DNA of 64,000 nt, from NCBI GenBank assembly GCA_964016885.1, contig OZ024742.1, forward strand, positions 158,720,001 to 158,784,000, in the 5' to 3' direction. This document shows, piece by piece, positions 24,616-39,550 of the stretch (the first letter of the stretch is position 1; each line of letters opens with the position of its first letter). The notes beneath the pieces were generated by a model, which saw only the letters and a program-made list of their open reading frames with translations, searched no databases and was not told the origin of the DNA. Origin of the DNA: Eledone cirrhosa. Taxonomy: Eukaryota. Made by a program: the position numbers and the translations under genes.

Positions 24616-24871
24616 AAAAGGCCACGAGGGAAAGAAAAGAAAAAGGAAGTAAAAAGATGAAAAAAAGAAGAAAAAAAGGGGAAAGGTAGTGAGGAAAGTG
24701 GCAGAAAGAGAAAAAACACGTAAACAGACCAGATAGTGGGGGACGCAGGGCAATGGAACATGCAAGTGGGTAACCGAGGAAAAAATAGGATAGAACAAGT
24801 TATAGCGTACCAATTAGACGTAAGTCTGGGGGTTACCCTCTCAACTCAATCGAAGTGGAGAGAGAGAGAGA

Positions 24872-24924
<53 letters not shown>

Positions 24925-25095
24925 GGGAAGAGAGAGAAGGGAAAGTCGATATGAAAGCGTGGTGGGATCACAGGTCGAGCAAAACAGGTAGAGCGGGTTC
25001 ACAGCGGTAAATACAAAATTATAAGAAACGAAAGGAACTGTGCGGTTCCTGTAAACTAAGTTTAAGATGGCGGTGTGGACGAAACAAGGAAGAAA

Positions 25096-25176
<81 letters not shown>

Positions 25177-25344
25177 CATACTAGGGGCGGTGGTTTCCCT
25201 GTGTATCTTTACATATGTACACTCTCTTTCACACTCTTGCATACATATACTTAATTACTGTTCGATACACACATGCAAACAGAAACACACACACTTGCAC
25301 AAACATACGTGCAGCCCCAAACACACATATATTTATATATAAAG

Positions 25345-25570
25345 GTTAATTAAAATCTTTGTTGATGCGTGTCCGTATTTCTGATGGGTGTGTGTTAAGC
25401 CAGTATTGGACTGCTGTTATTCCATAGTTGTGGGGTATGTTTGTGTAGAGGTTTATTACGTCAACGGAGACAAGAATTGTATTTGCACTTACTGTTTTAG
25501 GGAGGTGTTTCAGCATGTCAAGGTCATCTCATATGTAGCTCTGTATATGTTGTAGAAAGGGTTTCAACTG
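25345..25570 (-). pseudogene. PLE reverse transcriptase fragment
   Basis: LKPFLQHIQSYI*DDLDMLKHLP..ILVSVDVINLYTNIPHNYGITAVQYWL (PLE RT motif A). Confidence 0.75.
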
Positions 25571-25964
25571 ACCAGCAGCTGGCCATCTGGCCATTGCTAA
25601 ATCTGATCTTAAAAAAAAACAAAAAAATAAATTTAAAAAAAAACCCCACTCCCCACAAATAATTCCTCATTCACTACCAGAAAGGGACACACAGCAGTCA
25701 ACTTGATGCTACCAAGATGAAAACTACTATGAAATCCCACACTGAATTTTATACTTGAATTTTCAAATCTCAAATTTTAACTCATCGTATTATTAATGTT
25801 TCTTAATATTAATCAACATTTGAAAAGATGGCTTTTGCAGACCCATCGAAACCGGTCATTTTTTATACCCTTTATTCTTTCCTTACCTTATAAAATTATA
25901 TGTTTTTTCACAAAAAAGTATTCTGTCTCTTATATATTCCATGTGCCATTACCAACCTCAATTT

Positions 25965-26056
<92 letters not shown>

Positions 26057-26181
26057 GTTAAATGAAACAAAGACAACAGAGACAAAATTACAGTTACGCT
26101 TGGAAGAATTCCTTCAGGATGTGCGGATAAGGAGAGAACAGATAGACTTATGAGTAGTTTGAGAAAGTTGGGGAATGATAT

Positions 26182-26212
<31 letters not shown>

Positions 26213-26261
26213 AATGAAATAACAGGAGGCTGGACTGGTGTAAATCCTTGAAAGGTTTATT

Positions 26262-26319
26262 ATACTATGATCATTTCAATGACCGGGTTCCATATGAATC
26301 CGGTGATACCATCAGGTAT
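26262..26319 (-). ncRNA. Hammerhead ribozyme motif (A9G)
   Basis: atac CTGATGG ..accgg..ccggt.. GAAA tgatca TA gtat aataaa. Confidence 0.65.
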
Positions 26320-26783
26320 TGGAATAAAACAAAGGAATATGTAAAAAGCCATGGGTCCGAAAAACCATGGGTCCGAGAAACCAGAGACAGAGAGGGCGGC
26401 TGACCAACTAGCTTCACAGCCAGCCGCCCTCAATATATATATATATAACAACACTGTTCGTAACTGCACTCCTTGTTATTGTTTTTGTTTTTTACTTTTT
26501 CAATATATAGAGCTTAGAAAACCAAAGTTAAACAGAAAAAAAACGAATGGAATAACAATATCAACAACACCCAAACGAACAATACTGACTTAAGAGAAAT
26601 ATAAATAATTAAATAAATAGATAAATAAATATATACACAAGTACAATAACAACAAACACATATAAACACACACTAGTAAACAAAGATAGAATACTAACAC
26701 CAAAACACATACACCCAAACACGAACACACACACCAAACATTATACACACACGCAAACGCATGCGCAGAGACGGAGACAAAAA

Positions 26784-26834
<51 letters not shown>

Positions 26835-26882
26835 AATAAAAATGGCGTGAACAATACAACACAATAGGAGGGAACATGATAA

Positions 26883-26934
26883 TAGTATTACTGATGATGT
26901 TGCAGATGTGCAACGAAAGAACTTTGTTAGACTA
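26883..26934 (+). ncRNA. Hammerhead-like motif with weak helices I and III
   Basis: CTGATGA t gttgca gatg tgcaac GAAA. Confidence 0.4.
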
Positions 26935-27149
26935 TATATATATATATTTATATCTGTATTTTTAACCGATGGCCAGTCAATGATAAACATTGACTGGCAA
27001 ATAAATTAACTATGGAGATATAAAAGATACAGAAGCGAAAACCAACCAAACAATGAGTGTGTCCTGTTATTATTTCTGGCAATATTATTACAACAATATG
27101 ACCCTCCCCAAGTATAACAATATTTGTTTCGACACACGACTTCAATGCA

Positions 27150-29162
27150 CATCTGAGTAAGGAGGGCAGTGAAGATCCTTGCTGGTACTTCCATAACAAC
27201 ACCAACCGAAATGGAAGACTACTGAGAGACACCCTGCTGGAGGCGAACTTGATAGCGACCAATCTAAGGTTTAGGAAGAATCTGGGGAAGATGTGGACCT
27301 ACATCTCAGATATGCACCTGTCCAAGTCCCAGATTGATTTCATTCTGGCGAGGAAAAAGTAGCGGAATAGTGTTCTGAACACAGAACCATACAACTATTT
27401 AAGTACACTGGGTAGTGACCACCGGCTTGTTATGAGTGAGGTCCGGGTGAGCTTAAGAAAGAGCAAGGCTCAGACCCGGAGAGCAATCTATGACTGGGGA
27501 GCTCTCAAGGAAGATGATAAGAGGTTCACAGTGGAAGTGAGGAACGGGTTCAGTGCTCTGTGTGGAGAGACAGAGGAGGTACGGGCACTTCACCAATGCA
27601 GTGGCGGAAGCAAGTGAGACCCTGGTGCCGAGGAGAAAGAACAAAAGGAAGCACGTCAACTCTGCAGACCCAAAAGTGTGTGCAGCCAGAGAATACCTGA
27701 AAGCTGCCAAGGACCAATTCTATGCCGATCCTACGGATGAGATGATGGAGACTGTGGAGATGATGAGGGGAAGAACTCTGTACCGCTTACACTGAGGCCA
27801 GAGAGGAGGCACTGATAGAGAAGATCAGAAGTGTGGAGAGAGCGGTTGACAGGTCTGGATGTAAGGAGAGCTGGATGATCATCAACGAGATCACAGGGAG
27901 GAAGAGAAGGTGTTCGAGTCAGATCCATGGAACAGGGCCCGAGGATAGGAAGAGGAAATGGCTAGACCATTTTAGGACCCTACTAGGAGAGGCACCCTCC
28001 ACAGCCCTGAGCACTGTGTAGATCAGGCGGCTGTTTGAAGAACTGGATATTGAGACAGAGCTCTTCACCAGAGAGGAGCTTAAGAGAGCCGAGAAGAAGA
28101 TCAAGGAGGGCAAGGCTCATGGAGAAGATGGAGTGGCATCAGAGGTGATGAAGAGGTGTGATTTTGATGATATCATCCTGGGGTTCTGTAACCAGGCACT
28201 GGAGAAAGGAGTTGCCCCGAATCAGTGGAGGATCAGTAACATCGTCCCAGTGCCAAATAAGGGAGATATCTCTAACACCAACAACTACAGTGGGATCTCA
28301 CTGAAGTAACTTGTGGCAAAGACCCTCAACAGGATGATTCTTAACAGGATCCAGCCTGAGATGGAGAAGAACCTCAGGGACAACCAGAACGGCTTCGGAG
28401 AGGGAAGATCAACCACCAGTCACATCCTAATGCTGAGGAGGATAATAGAGGGAAGAGCCTTCCTGCGGTCATGGTTTTCATTGACTTTAGGAAGGCCTTT
28501 GATTCTGTGGACCGTTACTGCCTGATGAAGATCTTACAGGCTTATGGAATACCCAAGAAGTTAGTGGACCTGATATCACTGCTCTACACCAACACCAAAG
28601 CACAAGTCATTACACCTGATGGGATGAAAGAGTGGCTGGAGTGGAGTGCTCCAGGGAGATACATTGGCTCCCTACCTTTTTATCATCGTAGTGGACTATT
28701 GTATGCGCCTTGCACTGTAGAAAAACCAAGACTCTGGCTTTACTGTAGCACCGGCTCAGAGCAGGAGAGTTAAGGCGAAAAAGATATCAGATGCTGAATT
28801 TGCCGACGACATAGGTTTAGTGACGAATACAGTGAAGGAGGCAGAGGATTTGATGGAGGAGGTTGAGACTGTGTCGATGAGTGTGGGGCTTGGAATGAAT
28901 GAGACTAAAACAAAATATCTGGTAGAGAATGTTGAGAAGCCAGAGGGGATCACTAATGTAGGCGGGAAGCCGCTAGAATTGGTTGAAGACTTCCTGTATT
29001 TGGGAGCAAAGATTGGGAATACGGAAGATGATGTGGTTGAGAGGAAAAGCAAAGTCTGGGCGGCGTGCCACAGCTTGAGATCGGTGTGGAAGTCGGATCT
29101 TCGTAAAGACCTGAAAATCCGCCTCTTCATTGCTGTAGTGGAGTCTGTGCTGTTTGTATGGG
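27150..29162 (+). mobile_element. RTE-X-like LINE (end of EN + RT), degenerate, 3' end missing
   Basis: GSDHRLV, DNQNGF, FIDFRKAFDSV, FADDI, VEDFLYLG, LFIAVVESVL(LYG). Confidence 0.88.
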
Positions 29163-29222
29163 TTACCTATACCTCGCTATTTGAATAATATAAAATAGTA
29201 ACATTGGAATACAAATTTACTA

Positions 29223-29791
<569 letters not shown>

Positions 29792-30373
29792 GGTTGACCT
29801 TTTGTGATCAAAGGTATTTATCGGTAATTTAAGACGTTTGTTTACGTATATCAATAAATTGAGAATTCAATGCCCGCGGTAAAAGCAGTATTCAATTTAC
29901 AATACACTATATATAGATATATCAAAGTTATACGTACAAAGTAATCAAGGAGGAGATATAGGAGATTAGTTGTGAGAATTATATGCTAGTAGTGAGGGGC
30001 GAAGTGTGCTTAATGCCTATAAGATGCAAGAGAAATAATGTCAAGAAAAAAGTGTATAAGCAGAGCATTAATGTTGAAATTAAATGTTAAAGAAAACAAT
30101 ACGATGGTATGCTTCGTGGTTCACATTTATTGTAGTCCTTATCTTCAGTGACATTGAATTTTATGCTTATTTTATGTTCGACTCTGAAGATGTTTCGTTA
30201 TATTATTGTTTCGTTATATTATTGTTTCTTTATATTATCATTTGCTCTTATCGATTATATAACCGATCATTTTCATCTGTATGTGCTGGATTCTGATATG
30301 GTTTTTGAAACAATTGTAAACCATTAAATATATTTGTTCAAGAATTTGGTATTGTTTTCTCTACCATTTAATT

Positions 30374-30495
<122 letters not shown>

Positions 30496-30994
30496 CTATT
30501 AGCAGAGAAGGATGGACAGAGAAATGAACTCTCTTCTCTGAATAAAAATGCATGTGAAAATTAATTTTTCTTCCCCTTTTTATTCTTATTATGCAAATAT
30601 GCAACTTAACAATATTCTGCATATCCGCAATTGACAGTGCATATAATGCTGAAACCGGTATTGTAAATAAATTAATGTTTTGATATTTCACGGCAAAAAT
30701 CTCTTCAACATTTTCTACTGAAAACATCTTTTTCCTTTCTACTATTTGTTTATATATATATATATTTATATATATATATAATAGGGTAAAATAACAGAAC
30801 TTGGACCCGGTGTGTTCCTTTACATTGTTATTGCTGCGAACACTATGCACATTTCAGTGGCCAGAGTACCATCAGGTGTATATTGCATAATAGTTAGGAA
30901 GAAACAGAGAATAATAAAGACAGAGAATGAAAAAAAAGAGTGTTTTTTGTAATTGACTGAGAGGCAATTGAATGTCCTGTTGTCATTTAGGAAT

Positions 30995-31290
30995 ATACGA
31001 GGATAAGTAAACAGTTATTCGCACTTTCCCCATAACATATCTTTAGGTTTGACACACTCCTTCTGCTCATGCGTGCTTATAGTAGGTGCTATGGTGGTCA
31101 TATGATCGAAGTTTGAGCTTGTTCTCGCCAGTTTTCTTGCTGCTGTTACAGTGTAAACATGGTAGCTCCGCTAGCAGTGTGCACCAAGGAGGAACAAAGA
31201 AAAGTGATTCGATTTCTCAGGTTGCAAGGCGTATCAGGGGTTGAAATTCATCGGATCATCCACAGCACATTAGTCTTTAGACAGATAGAA
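30995..31290 (+). mobile_element. Mariner 5' fragment
   Basis: TA-CGAGG terminus; MVAPLAVCTKEEQRKVIRFLRLQGVSGVEIHR (mariner N-terminal HTH). Confidence 0.65.
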
Positions 31291-31633
31291 TTCTGATCAA
31301 CGTTTTTACATAAAACGGAAATTTTCCAACGCTTCAGATGCATGACATCACGTCATACCCACATATCTCTCCATCTGACTTAACTTTTAAAAATCATAGA
31401 GTCCAACTTCATATTCAACTTCTTTTTCCTATAGTTTACCCATGTGGGATATAAAAGAAAACTATTTTACATGTATATATGTAAATAAGAAGAAGCCGAA
31501 ATTGCAATTGGAGTCCTCAAGAAGGCTTATTTACAATAATTTATAACTTTACCGGTTTCACAAGTTTCATGATTTTCGAGAGTTATCAGAGATGGAGAAA
31601 TGTGTAGCTATGCCGACTTGTAATTCGCATCTC

Positions 31634-31709
<76 letters not shown>

Positions 31710-31753
31710 TGAGAGAGAGAGAGAGAGAGGGGGGGAGATATATATATATATAC

Positions 31754-31791
<38 letters not shown>

Positions 31792-32029
31792 TTCTTTATT
31801 AGCCACAGGTGCACAAAAGAAGGGGACAAATACAAAGGGGGAAGTTTACATACAATAAAAACGTGTAAAATGTTATCACAAATGGAATTTAAAAAGTTAG
31901 TCGATTTTCCCCAATAGAGGGAGACAGTTTATATGGGTAACACATACCCCCGAAAAAAAATGTGCAGCCCTCATCTCCAGGAGTACGAAGAGTTTGTACT
32001 CCTTTCCTCTCCTCCTCCTTTTCCTCAAC

Positions 32030-35000
32030 CTACAGGCTGATATAGAGAGAAGGCCCATTCACTCGGGCCATTCTCGCCACTTTCACCCACCTTTCATAAA
32101 ACTTGCTGGGGTACAGCACCTCTCTCTCCATCCTGATTCTTCTTCCAAAGTGGTATTTGAAAAAAGAATCAGTTGTTGGCCACAGAGAAAGGTGCCTGAC
32201 CTCAGCCCTTTCAACCTTGTCCACCATACAACCTCTTTCGCCATAGCTATCACACAAAGGAAAACCGCCTCTCCTTCGTTTTTGAAGGAGGGTGGCGGTT
32301 TGATCATGACAATGGACTCGGTGGTCAACTGGATTGGTCCCACCCGCGACAGTAGTCGTTCTATATAGCCCCACAGGTCAGTGACGCCCGGGCAGTGTAT
32401 GAATGCGTGCGCGACGGTTTCTTCGTCTCGCACGCACCTCGGACAGATCTTTTTTGCAGGGTCCCTGCCCGGGCGCCCATGTCTGTAGAGCTTGTCTCGA
32501 ACTGGTAGAGCTCCTCGGTAGCACTGCCAGGCCAGGGACTTTTGGAAGTTGTCCATCGGTCCCGGGCGGAAGATCCTACCGAACAGACTGGCCAGTTCAT
32601 CTTCCTCTACGCCTAGAGTTTCACCGAGCGCGTCGTCGCACTTGCTGCGGACCAACCCTCTATAGAATGACGAAGTGGAGTCTCCACTGATCGCCGGGTC
32701 CGCCTGCCAGAGGGCCGTGAGCGCCTGAGCACATTTGATGTGCCAGTCACCCATTTTCTTCGGTCTTTGCTTGACCCAGGACTGCAGCTCGGTCAGCGAG
32801 ACGAGTCGTGGGAAGGCTCGCCTCACGAACGGGGCCCACACCGGTTGTCCGGTGAGGAATACGTAGAGATGCCGCAGCCTGAGCGCGTGTTTGCGCATCG
32901 TCAACCACGGCATCCCCAGCCCTCCGTTAGAAGGGTGTTGGCAGCAGATGGATCTTCTCACCAAAGGAGCCCGCCTCTTCCAAAGGAATCGGAAGAGCGC
33001 GCGCTCCATTTTGGCGAGCGTTTTGGCTGGACAAGGCACGACGGTCAAGCGGTAGTAGATGGCGGACGCTATAAAAGTGTTCGCCACCTCCGCTCGACCT
33101 TTCAAGGATAGTTTGCACTCGGCCCACTTCTGGGTGAGTGCAAACACCTTGGCCGTCACTTCGTTCCAGTTCTTCTCCACCTGGAGGTCCGGACCAAACC
33201 AGACCCCGAGCAGCTTTACCGGTCCTTCCGTCCAGCGTCCGACGACGCCATCGGAAGGCATCGGTTTGCCTCTCCACGATCCGAGTTGCAAACCGATGGA
33301 CTTGTCCCGGTTCAGCTTCGCTCCTGTGAGACTTTCGTATTCCTTCAGTAAGGTGCCGACTTCCTCGATTTGCGAGGCGCTCGACACCATTACTGTCACG
33401 TCGTCGGCGTAGGCCGACGCCGCTTTCCGCAGTCCCGGTTCCAGAGGGATGCCCTGCAATAGCTCCAGCTTCCGCAATAGTGGCTCAAGAGTCAGTACGT
33501 ACAGAAGGGAGGAGAGAGGGCATCCCTGTCGAATGGATCGCGTAATATGGAACGGCTCCGAGAAGTAGCCGTTCACCTTGACCCTTGAGCAGATGTTGCT
33601 GTTGTGCATTGCAGCAATCCAGCCCCTGAACACGGGTCCGAAACCTGACGCCTCGAGCACCGCATCCAGATAACGATGGTCAACCCTATCGAAAGCCTTA
33701 GACTGATCCAAGTTGATCAGGGCCCCACCGAAGCCGGGTTTACACCCTACCCTCTCTATGATGTATCGCATGAGGTGGAGGTTGTCGTGTATGGACCTGG
33801 TCGGGATTGCGCATGTCTGCGCTTCTCCCACCAGGTTCTCGACGACAAGCACCAGCCTCTTTGCCAACACCTTGGCCAAAATCTGTAACTCTGTGTTTAG
33901 CAGAGTTATGGGCCGGAAGTTGCCTATGTCATCCCCCTTATTCTCGTCCTTCCTGATTAGTGTGACCACGTCCCCGGTTACAGAACTGGGAATTCTCCCG
34001 TTCTGTTGCCAGTTGCAGTAGACCGCTTCCAGGAGACCGGAGAATAAGTCCGGCATTGCTACGTAAAATTCGTAGGGTAGACCGTCGAGAACTGGAGATT
34101 TGCGTTTGCCGCATTGGCTCAGCGTGTCCCCTATCTCAGTGGCTGAAATCGGCTTTTCGCAGAACTTTGCCTCGCTGTCCGAGAGTCGCGGTAGGCCGTC
34201 GAGGTATGGACCGAAATCCATAGCCTCTCCTGGCGCCCCCCCCCCGAACAGCCGAGCAAAGTGCCGCTGAAAAGCCGCACACATCTGCTTCGGCTCACGT
34301 ATCACGCGTCCGTTATGGTCTTTCAAAGACCGAATCGTGGACTTGTTGCCACTTTTTGACTCCGTCACTCGGGCCCAGCTAACAGCTTTGGCTCCCTCGT
34401 TTCCCAGAGCACGTATTTTGCTTCTAACAACGCAGCCCTCGTGCTTTGCGTCGAAGAACTGGTCCAAGGCCGTTCTCGTTGCTAGCACGCTGGCTACGTT
34501 GCCACTTCTAATTGCCTCTTCTACTTTATCTACCAGTTCCTTCTCGGTTCTATTTCTATCCAACGCTAATTCTTTACTAAAAACTATCGAGTCTAATCTA
34601 ACTGCCCTCTTGAGAGAGTACCACCATCTGTTGTTGACAATGGCCCCCTGTCAAGTGCTGTTTAACTAAAGTGCTAATCCGTTTACTGTAGGCTTTGCTT
34701 GTCGGTAACGACAAGTTCAGCTTCCAGTAGCCGGGTCCTTGTCTATGGGTTCTATCAAGGTTGGCCATGCAGGTCCCTAGTTTGTGATCTGAATAGGCAA
34801 CCATGAACATTTGTGGACAGCTTAACATGGCCCTATCCTTATTTCTAACTAGAACCCTATCTAGGTACGATCTAGATGTTCCGCTACGATTACTCCACGT
34901 CCACAGTGGCGCAGTCGGAAAATCTAGTCGATATCTATCGGCCAGGTCAAATCGGTCGATTAACTGTTTGAGGCTGTTACACCCCCCTTTATCGGGACAT

Positions 35001-35500
35001 GCTCCCACATAGTCCGAACGTGCATCTAGGATTCCATTCTAGTCCCCCACTAAAAGCAAGGAGCGGGACGTTCCCAGAAAAGTCTCTAGACGTTTGAAGA
35101 AGACTGGCCGCGGTGTCCCGGATGGGGCATATGCGGTCACCAGCCTGAAGGCTCCACCTTCAGTACCGTCAACGTCTAGGACCACCAGTCGACCCTCCGG
35201 GTCCAGATGTACCGTCTGTGTTACGAGGCCCAGGTGTTTCCGCAGCAAAACGGCAACTCCGCCCCCACCCCCCGGTTGACAGAGAGATGCGTAGATCTCA
35301 AAGTCATCGAAGATGGAGGCCAGCTGTCGCTCACCGTGGATCCTGGACTCGCAAATAGCTACCATATCCATACTGTGCGACCTGAGGTCGTTTAAGAGTT
35401 TGCCTGTTTCCAGGGCATCCCCAGGCCGCGTACGTTCACACATCCAACTCTTATATTGGCCATGTTGGTGCTGAAAAGTTAAAAGAGGAAAAGAGATCAC
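32030..35500 (-). pseudogene. Tx1 ORF2 (APE endonuclease, RT, C-terminal CCHC), with stops and frameshifts
   Basis: DPEGR, AYAP, YSDHK, GPGYWKLN, FRPITLLN, DQSKAFDRV, RQGCPLS, AYADD, CPRC..ET..H....C. Confidence 0.9.
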
Positions 35501-37322
35501 TCACCCTTCGCCTCCTGCGGACCAGGCCACACGATTTCCATGGGGGTGTTGGAGGGGTTGTCTGGATGGGTGGTGGTTTCCGGCGGGGTGGGGACGCAGA
35601 TGTTTGGTGGGGTGGGGTCTGGTGGGATGGGGGTGTCTGTGGTGGGGAGGCATTTGAGAAGGACGCGGTTGAGTGGTTTCACGCAGGAATTCCCCACATC
35701 CTTCTCAAATGTTTCTTTTAGGGACCTATAAGTTTGTATAGGGACCCTAATCAGTTTTAGGTTCAGTCTTTTGCTATTTTTAATAGAGTGGGCGAAAGTT
35801 TTCCCTTCGGTTTTCACCGAAGGGTCGTTCGTGATGGTCTCCATTAGTGTTTTGTTTTCAGTGTTTATGTAAGTGTAAGTGTAATTTTCTTGTGTTGTGT
35901 TTGTTTTTGTCTGTAGTTCTTGTGTGTGCTTTCGTTTTGTTGTAGGTATTTTGTTTTCAGGAGGTGGGAGTTTGGTTTGTGATGTTTTTGTTGTTTGTGT
36001 TGGTGGTTGTATGTTTGTGGTAGTGTTTGCTGGTTTTTTTGCTTTTGTGATGTCTTTTCTTTCTTTCCGAGCGATGGGGTTCACCCTCGTCTTCACTGGG
36101 TGATGGCGAGATAGCCTCATCTGTTGTATCGTCTGTGTGATTGGGGAGGGGTATATCTTGGGGAGCTGTTGTGTCTGCATGTGATTTTGCAGTGGTTTTA
36201 GGTGGAGTGGGGTTGGGTGGTACTGTGTTTGTTGTGGTTATTTTTGTGTGTTGGTGTTGTTGTTGTTGTAGTGGTGTTGGTGGTTGTGTTATTTTGATGG
36301 GTGTCGGCAGAAGAGCCTTTTTTGGGTTCATTAATTTAGGACAGGAAGCCCTCAGGTGACCCCTGCTAAAGCAATGGTAACATGAAGGCCGCCTACCCTC
36401 AACCGAAAAGTTTATGTAGGTGAGTCCGTCCAGGAGTACCCGCTGTGGGATCATAGCTATTCGCTCTGGGCTCATTTGCACCAGAACTTCAATGCTAGTC
36501 CCATTGAATTACATCTCTGGGGGACTTTCCTACTGACAGTATTCTGTCTTCATCAAAATTGATGAAGCTGCACAGTATCCACCATATGTTCACCTTTGGT
36601 GTGACACTCGTGATTCTGATCTTTTGTGTCCTTTTTCCCATGTATGTAGGGAAAAAGGTATACAGGTTGGATACAATTGGCGACACAGAGTAATTTTGGG
36701 CCGTCAATTGATCCTTCATGAGTACCGAAATACTCCCAAAAAGTTTGCTTCTTTGAATGAATGCAATATCATTCATTGAATTTTTGAAAACCAGTTCAAT
36801 TTCTTTCTGTGACAATTGGACTGGTTTTCGGGTAGAATTGGAAACTGTCCTAAAAACTATCGTTTTGAGAGCAGTTTCCTTGCGAATTTCTACCGGAGAA
36901 TTGATGCTGAAAGCACCATTTTTTCTGAAAGTGACATATCTCTTAGCGTCCTTTAAAAGTTGTTCAGCATTTGTTATGTCGAGATATATCAATTCTTCCT
37001 TCTTTTGAACTTTCTCTGCAAAGGAGATTTTTGGTTTCTTTGTGGAATCCGTATTGGTGGTGTTGTCATTATTGTTGTTATTGTTGTTGTTATTCTTGTT
37101 GTCACCGATGTTGATAGTATTCGTCTTTTCCTTGGTGTTGTTGTTGCCTTTGATGCTGGTGTTATTGGTGTTGTCTTTATTTTTTTCTTTGTTGTTGTTA
37201 TCATTGTTGCTTTTATCATCATTATTGGTGTTGCTGTTATTTTTGTTGTCATTGAATTGTTTGGTGTCATTTGTGTTGTTTGGATATGAATTCGTTTTTA
37301 CATTTTCATTTTGTCTTTCCAT
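35497..37322 (-). pseudogene. Tx1 ORF1 (Asn-rich N-terminus, CYHCFSRGHLRASC zinc knuckle), one stop and one frameshift
   Basis: ORF pieces 36495-37322, 35957-36481 and 35497-36180. Confidence 0.8.
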
Positions 37323-37608
37323 CTCTATAGTATCTAGTGAATAAGAAGTTGTTGACTGCGAGCTCCATTATCGTTGGACGCAGCGTTCATAACGTAATCA
37401 AAATTTTACAATATTTTTTCAAAGATTCGATGGAGAAAAATTTCTTTAAATGGATATTCCGCCCCTGTAGGGGCGAAAATGAGTTGACCCACCACCTGAA
37501 GGTCCAGACGGGTGGTCAAGTTACACAATGATATAAAATTTAACTAAAAACTCACGTTTTTTTCTTACATAAATTAACGGAAACTTCTCCGCGAAGTTAC
37601 AAACGTCT

Positions 37609-37686
<78 letters not shown>

Positions 37687-37687
37687 C

Positions 37688-37748
<61 letters not shown>

Positions 37749-37750
37749 TG

Positions 37751-39530
37751 TTTCTTTTATTTGCCACCAGGGCATCAAAAGTGGGACAAGTACAATGGGG
37801 GGAGTTTACAAAACAAGGCGTCCTCAATAAGGAGGAGGCAATAACAATATATAAAAATAAAATAAAATATAACAAAAATAAAATTTATAACAAAGTCCTC
37901 AATAGAGAGGAGGCGCCTTGGGGGGTCGCACACACCCCCGAAAAAAGTGTGCAACCCTTCTCCTCAGGAGCACAGAGAAGGGGTGCTCCCTTGGTCTTTC
38001 ATCTTCCTCACCTATAGTCTGATGTAGAGTGAAGGCCCATTCACACGGGCCATTCTCGCCACTTTCACCCATCTTTCATAGAAACGGCTGGGGTGCAGCA
38101 CCTCTCTCTCCATCCTGATCCTTCTTCCGAAATGATATCGGAAGAAACGGACCAGTTATTGGCCAGAGAGAAAGGTGTCTGACCTCAGTCCTTTCAGACG
38201 CGTCCACCATACAACCTCTTTCGCCATGGCTATTACGCACAGAAACACCGCCTCTCCTTCGTTTTTGAAGAGGGGAGGCGTCTTGATCGTTACAATAGAC
38301 GCGGTGGTCAACCGGATTGGTCCCACCCTTGACAGCAGTTGTTCGACATAACCCCACAGATCGGCAATGCCCGAGCAGTGTACCAATACGTGTGCAACGG
38401 TTTCCTCGTCGCACACGCATCTGGGACAGATCTTTTTCGATGGGTCCCTACCCGGGCACCCGTGTCTGTAGAGCCTTTCTCGAACGGGCAGAGCCCTTCT
38501 GTAGCATTGCCAGGCCAGGGACCTCTGGAAGTTATCCATGGGTCCCGGGCTGAATGTCCTACCGAACAGGTTGGCCAGTTCGTCTTCCTCCATGCCTAGG
38601 GCTTCTCCGAGGGCGTTGTCGCACCTGCTAACCACCAGCCCTCTATAGAATGACGAGGTGGATTCTCCACTGACAGCCGGGTCCGCCTGCCAGAGAGCCG
38701 TGAGTGCCTGGGCACACTCGGTGTGCCAGGCGCCCAGTTTTCTCGGTCTTTGCTTGACCCAGGATTGCAGCTTGGTGAGTGAGACGAGTCTGGGAAAGGC
38801 TCGCCTCACAAACGGGGCCCACACCGGTTGACCGGAGAGGAATACCTGAAGGTGCCGTAGCCTTAATGCGTGTTTACGTATCATTAGCCACGGCATCCCC
38901 AGCCCTCCTTTCGAAGGGTGTTGACAGCAGATGGATCTCCTCACCATAGGAGCCCGCTTCTTCCAAAGGAATTGGAAGAGTGCGCGCTCCATTTTGGCGA
39001 GCGTTTCCCTTGGGCAAGGCACAACGGTCAGGCGGTAGTAGATGACGGACGCTATATAAGTGTTCGCCACCTCCGCCCGTCCTTTCAGGGACAGTTTGCA
39101 CTCGGCCCACTTCTGGGTCAGTGCAAACACCCTGTTCGTCACCTCACCCCAGTTCTTCTCCACCTGGAGGTCTGGTCCGAACCAGACCCCGAGCAACTTC
39201 ACCGGGCCCTCCGTCCAGCGCCCGACGACGCCATCGGAGGGCATCGATCTGCCCCTCCACGTGCCGAGTTGCAGACCGATCGACTTGTCCCGGTTCAGCT
39301 TAGCCCCTGTAAACCTTTCGTACTCCTCCAGTAAGGTGCCGATCACCCTGATTTCCGAGGCCGTCGACACCATTACTGTTACGTCATCGGCGTAGGCTGA
39401 CACCGCTTTCCGCAATCCCGGTTCCAACGGGATGCCCTGCAACAACTCCAACTTCCGCAGCAGTGGCTCTAGAGTCATTACATACAGAAGGGAGGAGAGA
39501 GGGCACCCCTGTCGGATGGACCGCGCGATT
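37751..39530 (-). mobile_element. 5'-truncated Tx1 copy, diverged subfamily
   Basis: 440-aa ORF homologous to ORF2; (GATA)n on both sides. Confidence 0.9.
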
Positions 39531-39550
39531 TAGATAGATAGATAGATATA

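Larger units (their letters stand above)
31791..37610 (-). mobile_element. Full-length Tx1-clade (L1 group) LINE inserted in (GATA)n
   Basis: 5'UTR, ORF1 with CCHC knuckle, ORF2 EN-RT-CCHC, 3' end ctaataaagaaa joined to (TCTA)n. Confidence 0.92.

Noticed and set aside
26965-27002. 11-bp hairpin gccagtcaatg/cattgactggc preceded by CCGATG
   Set aside because: Lacks an intact CUGANGA and GAAA; may be a decayed helix II
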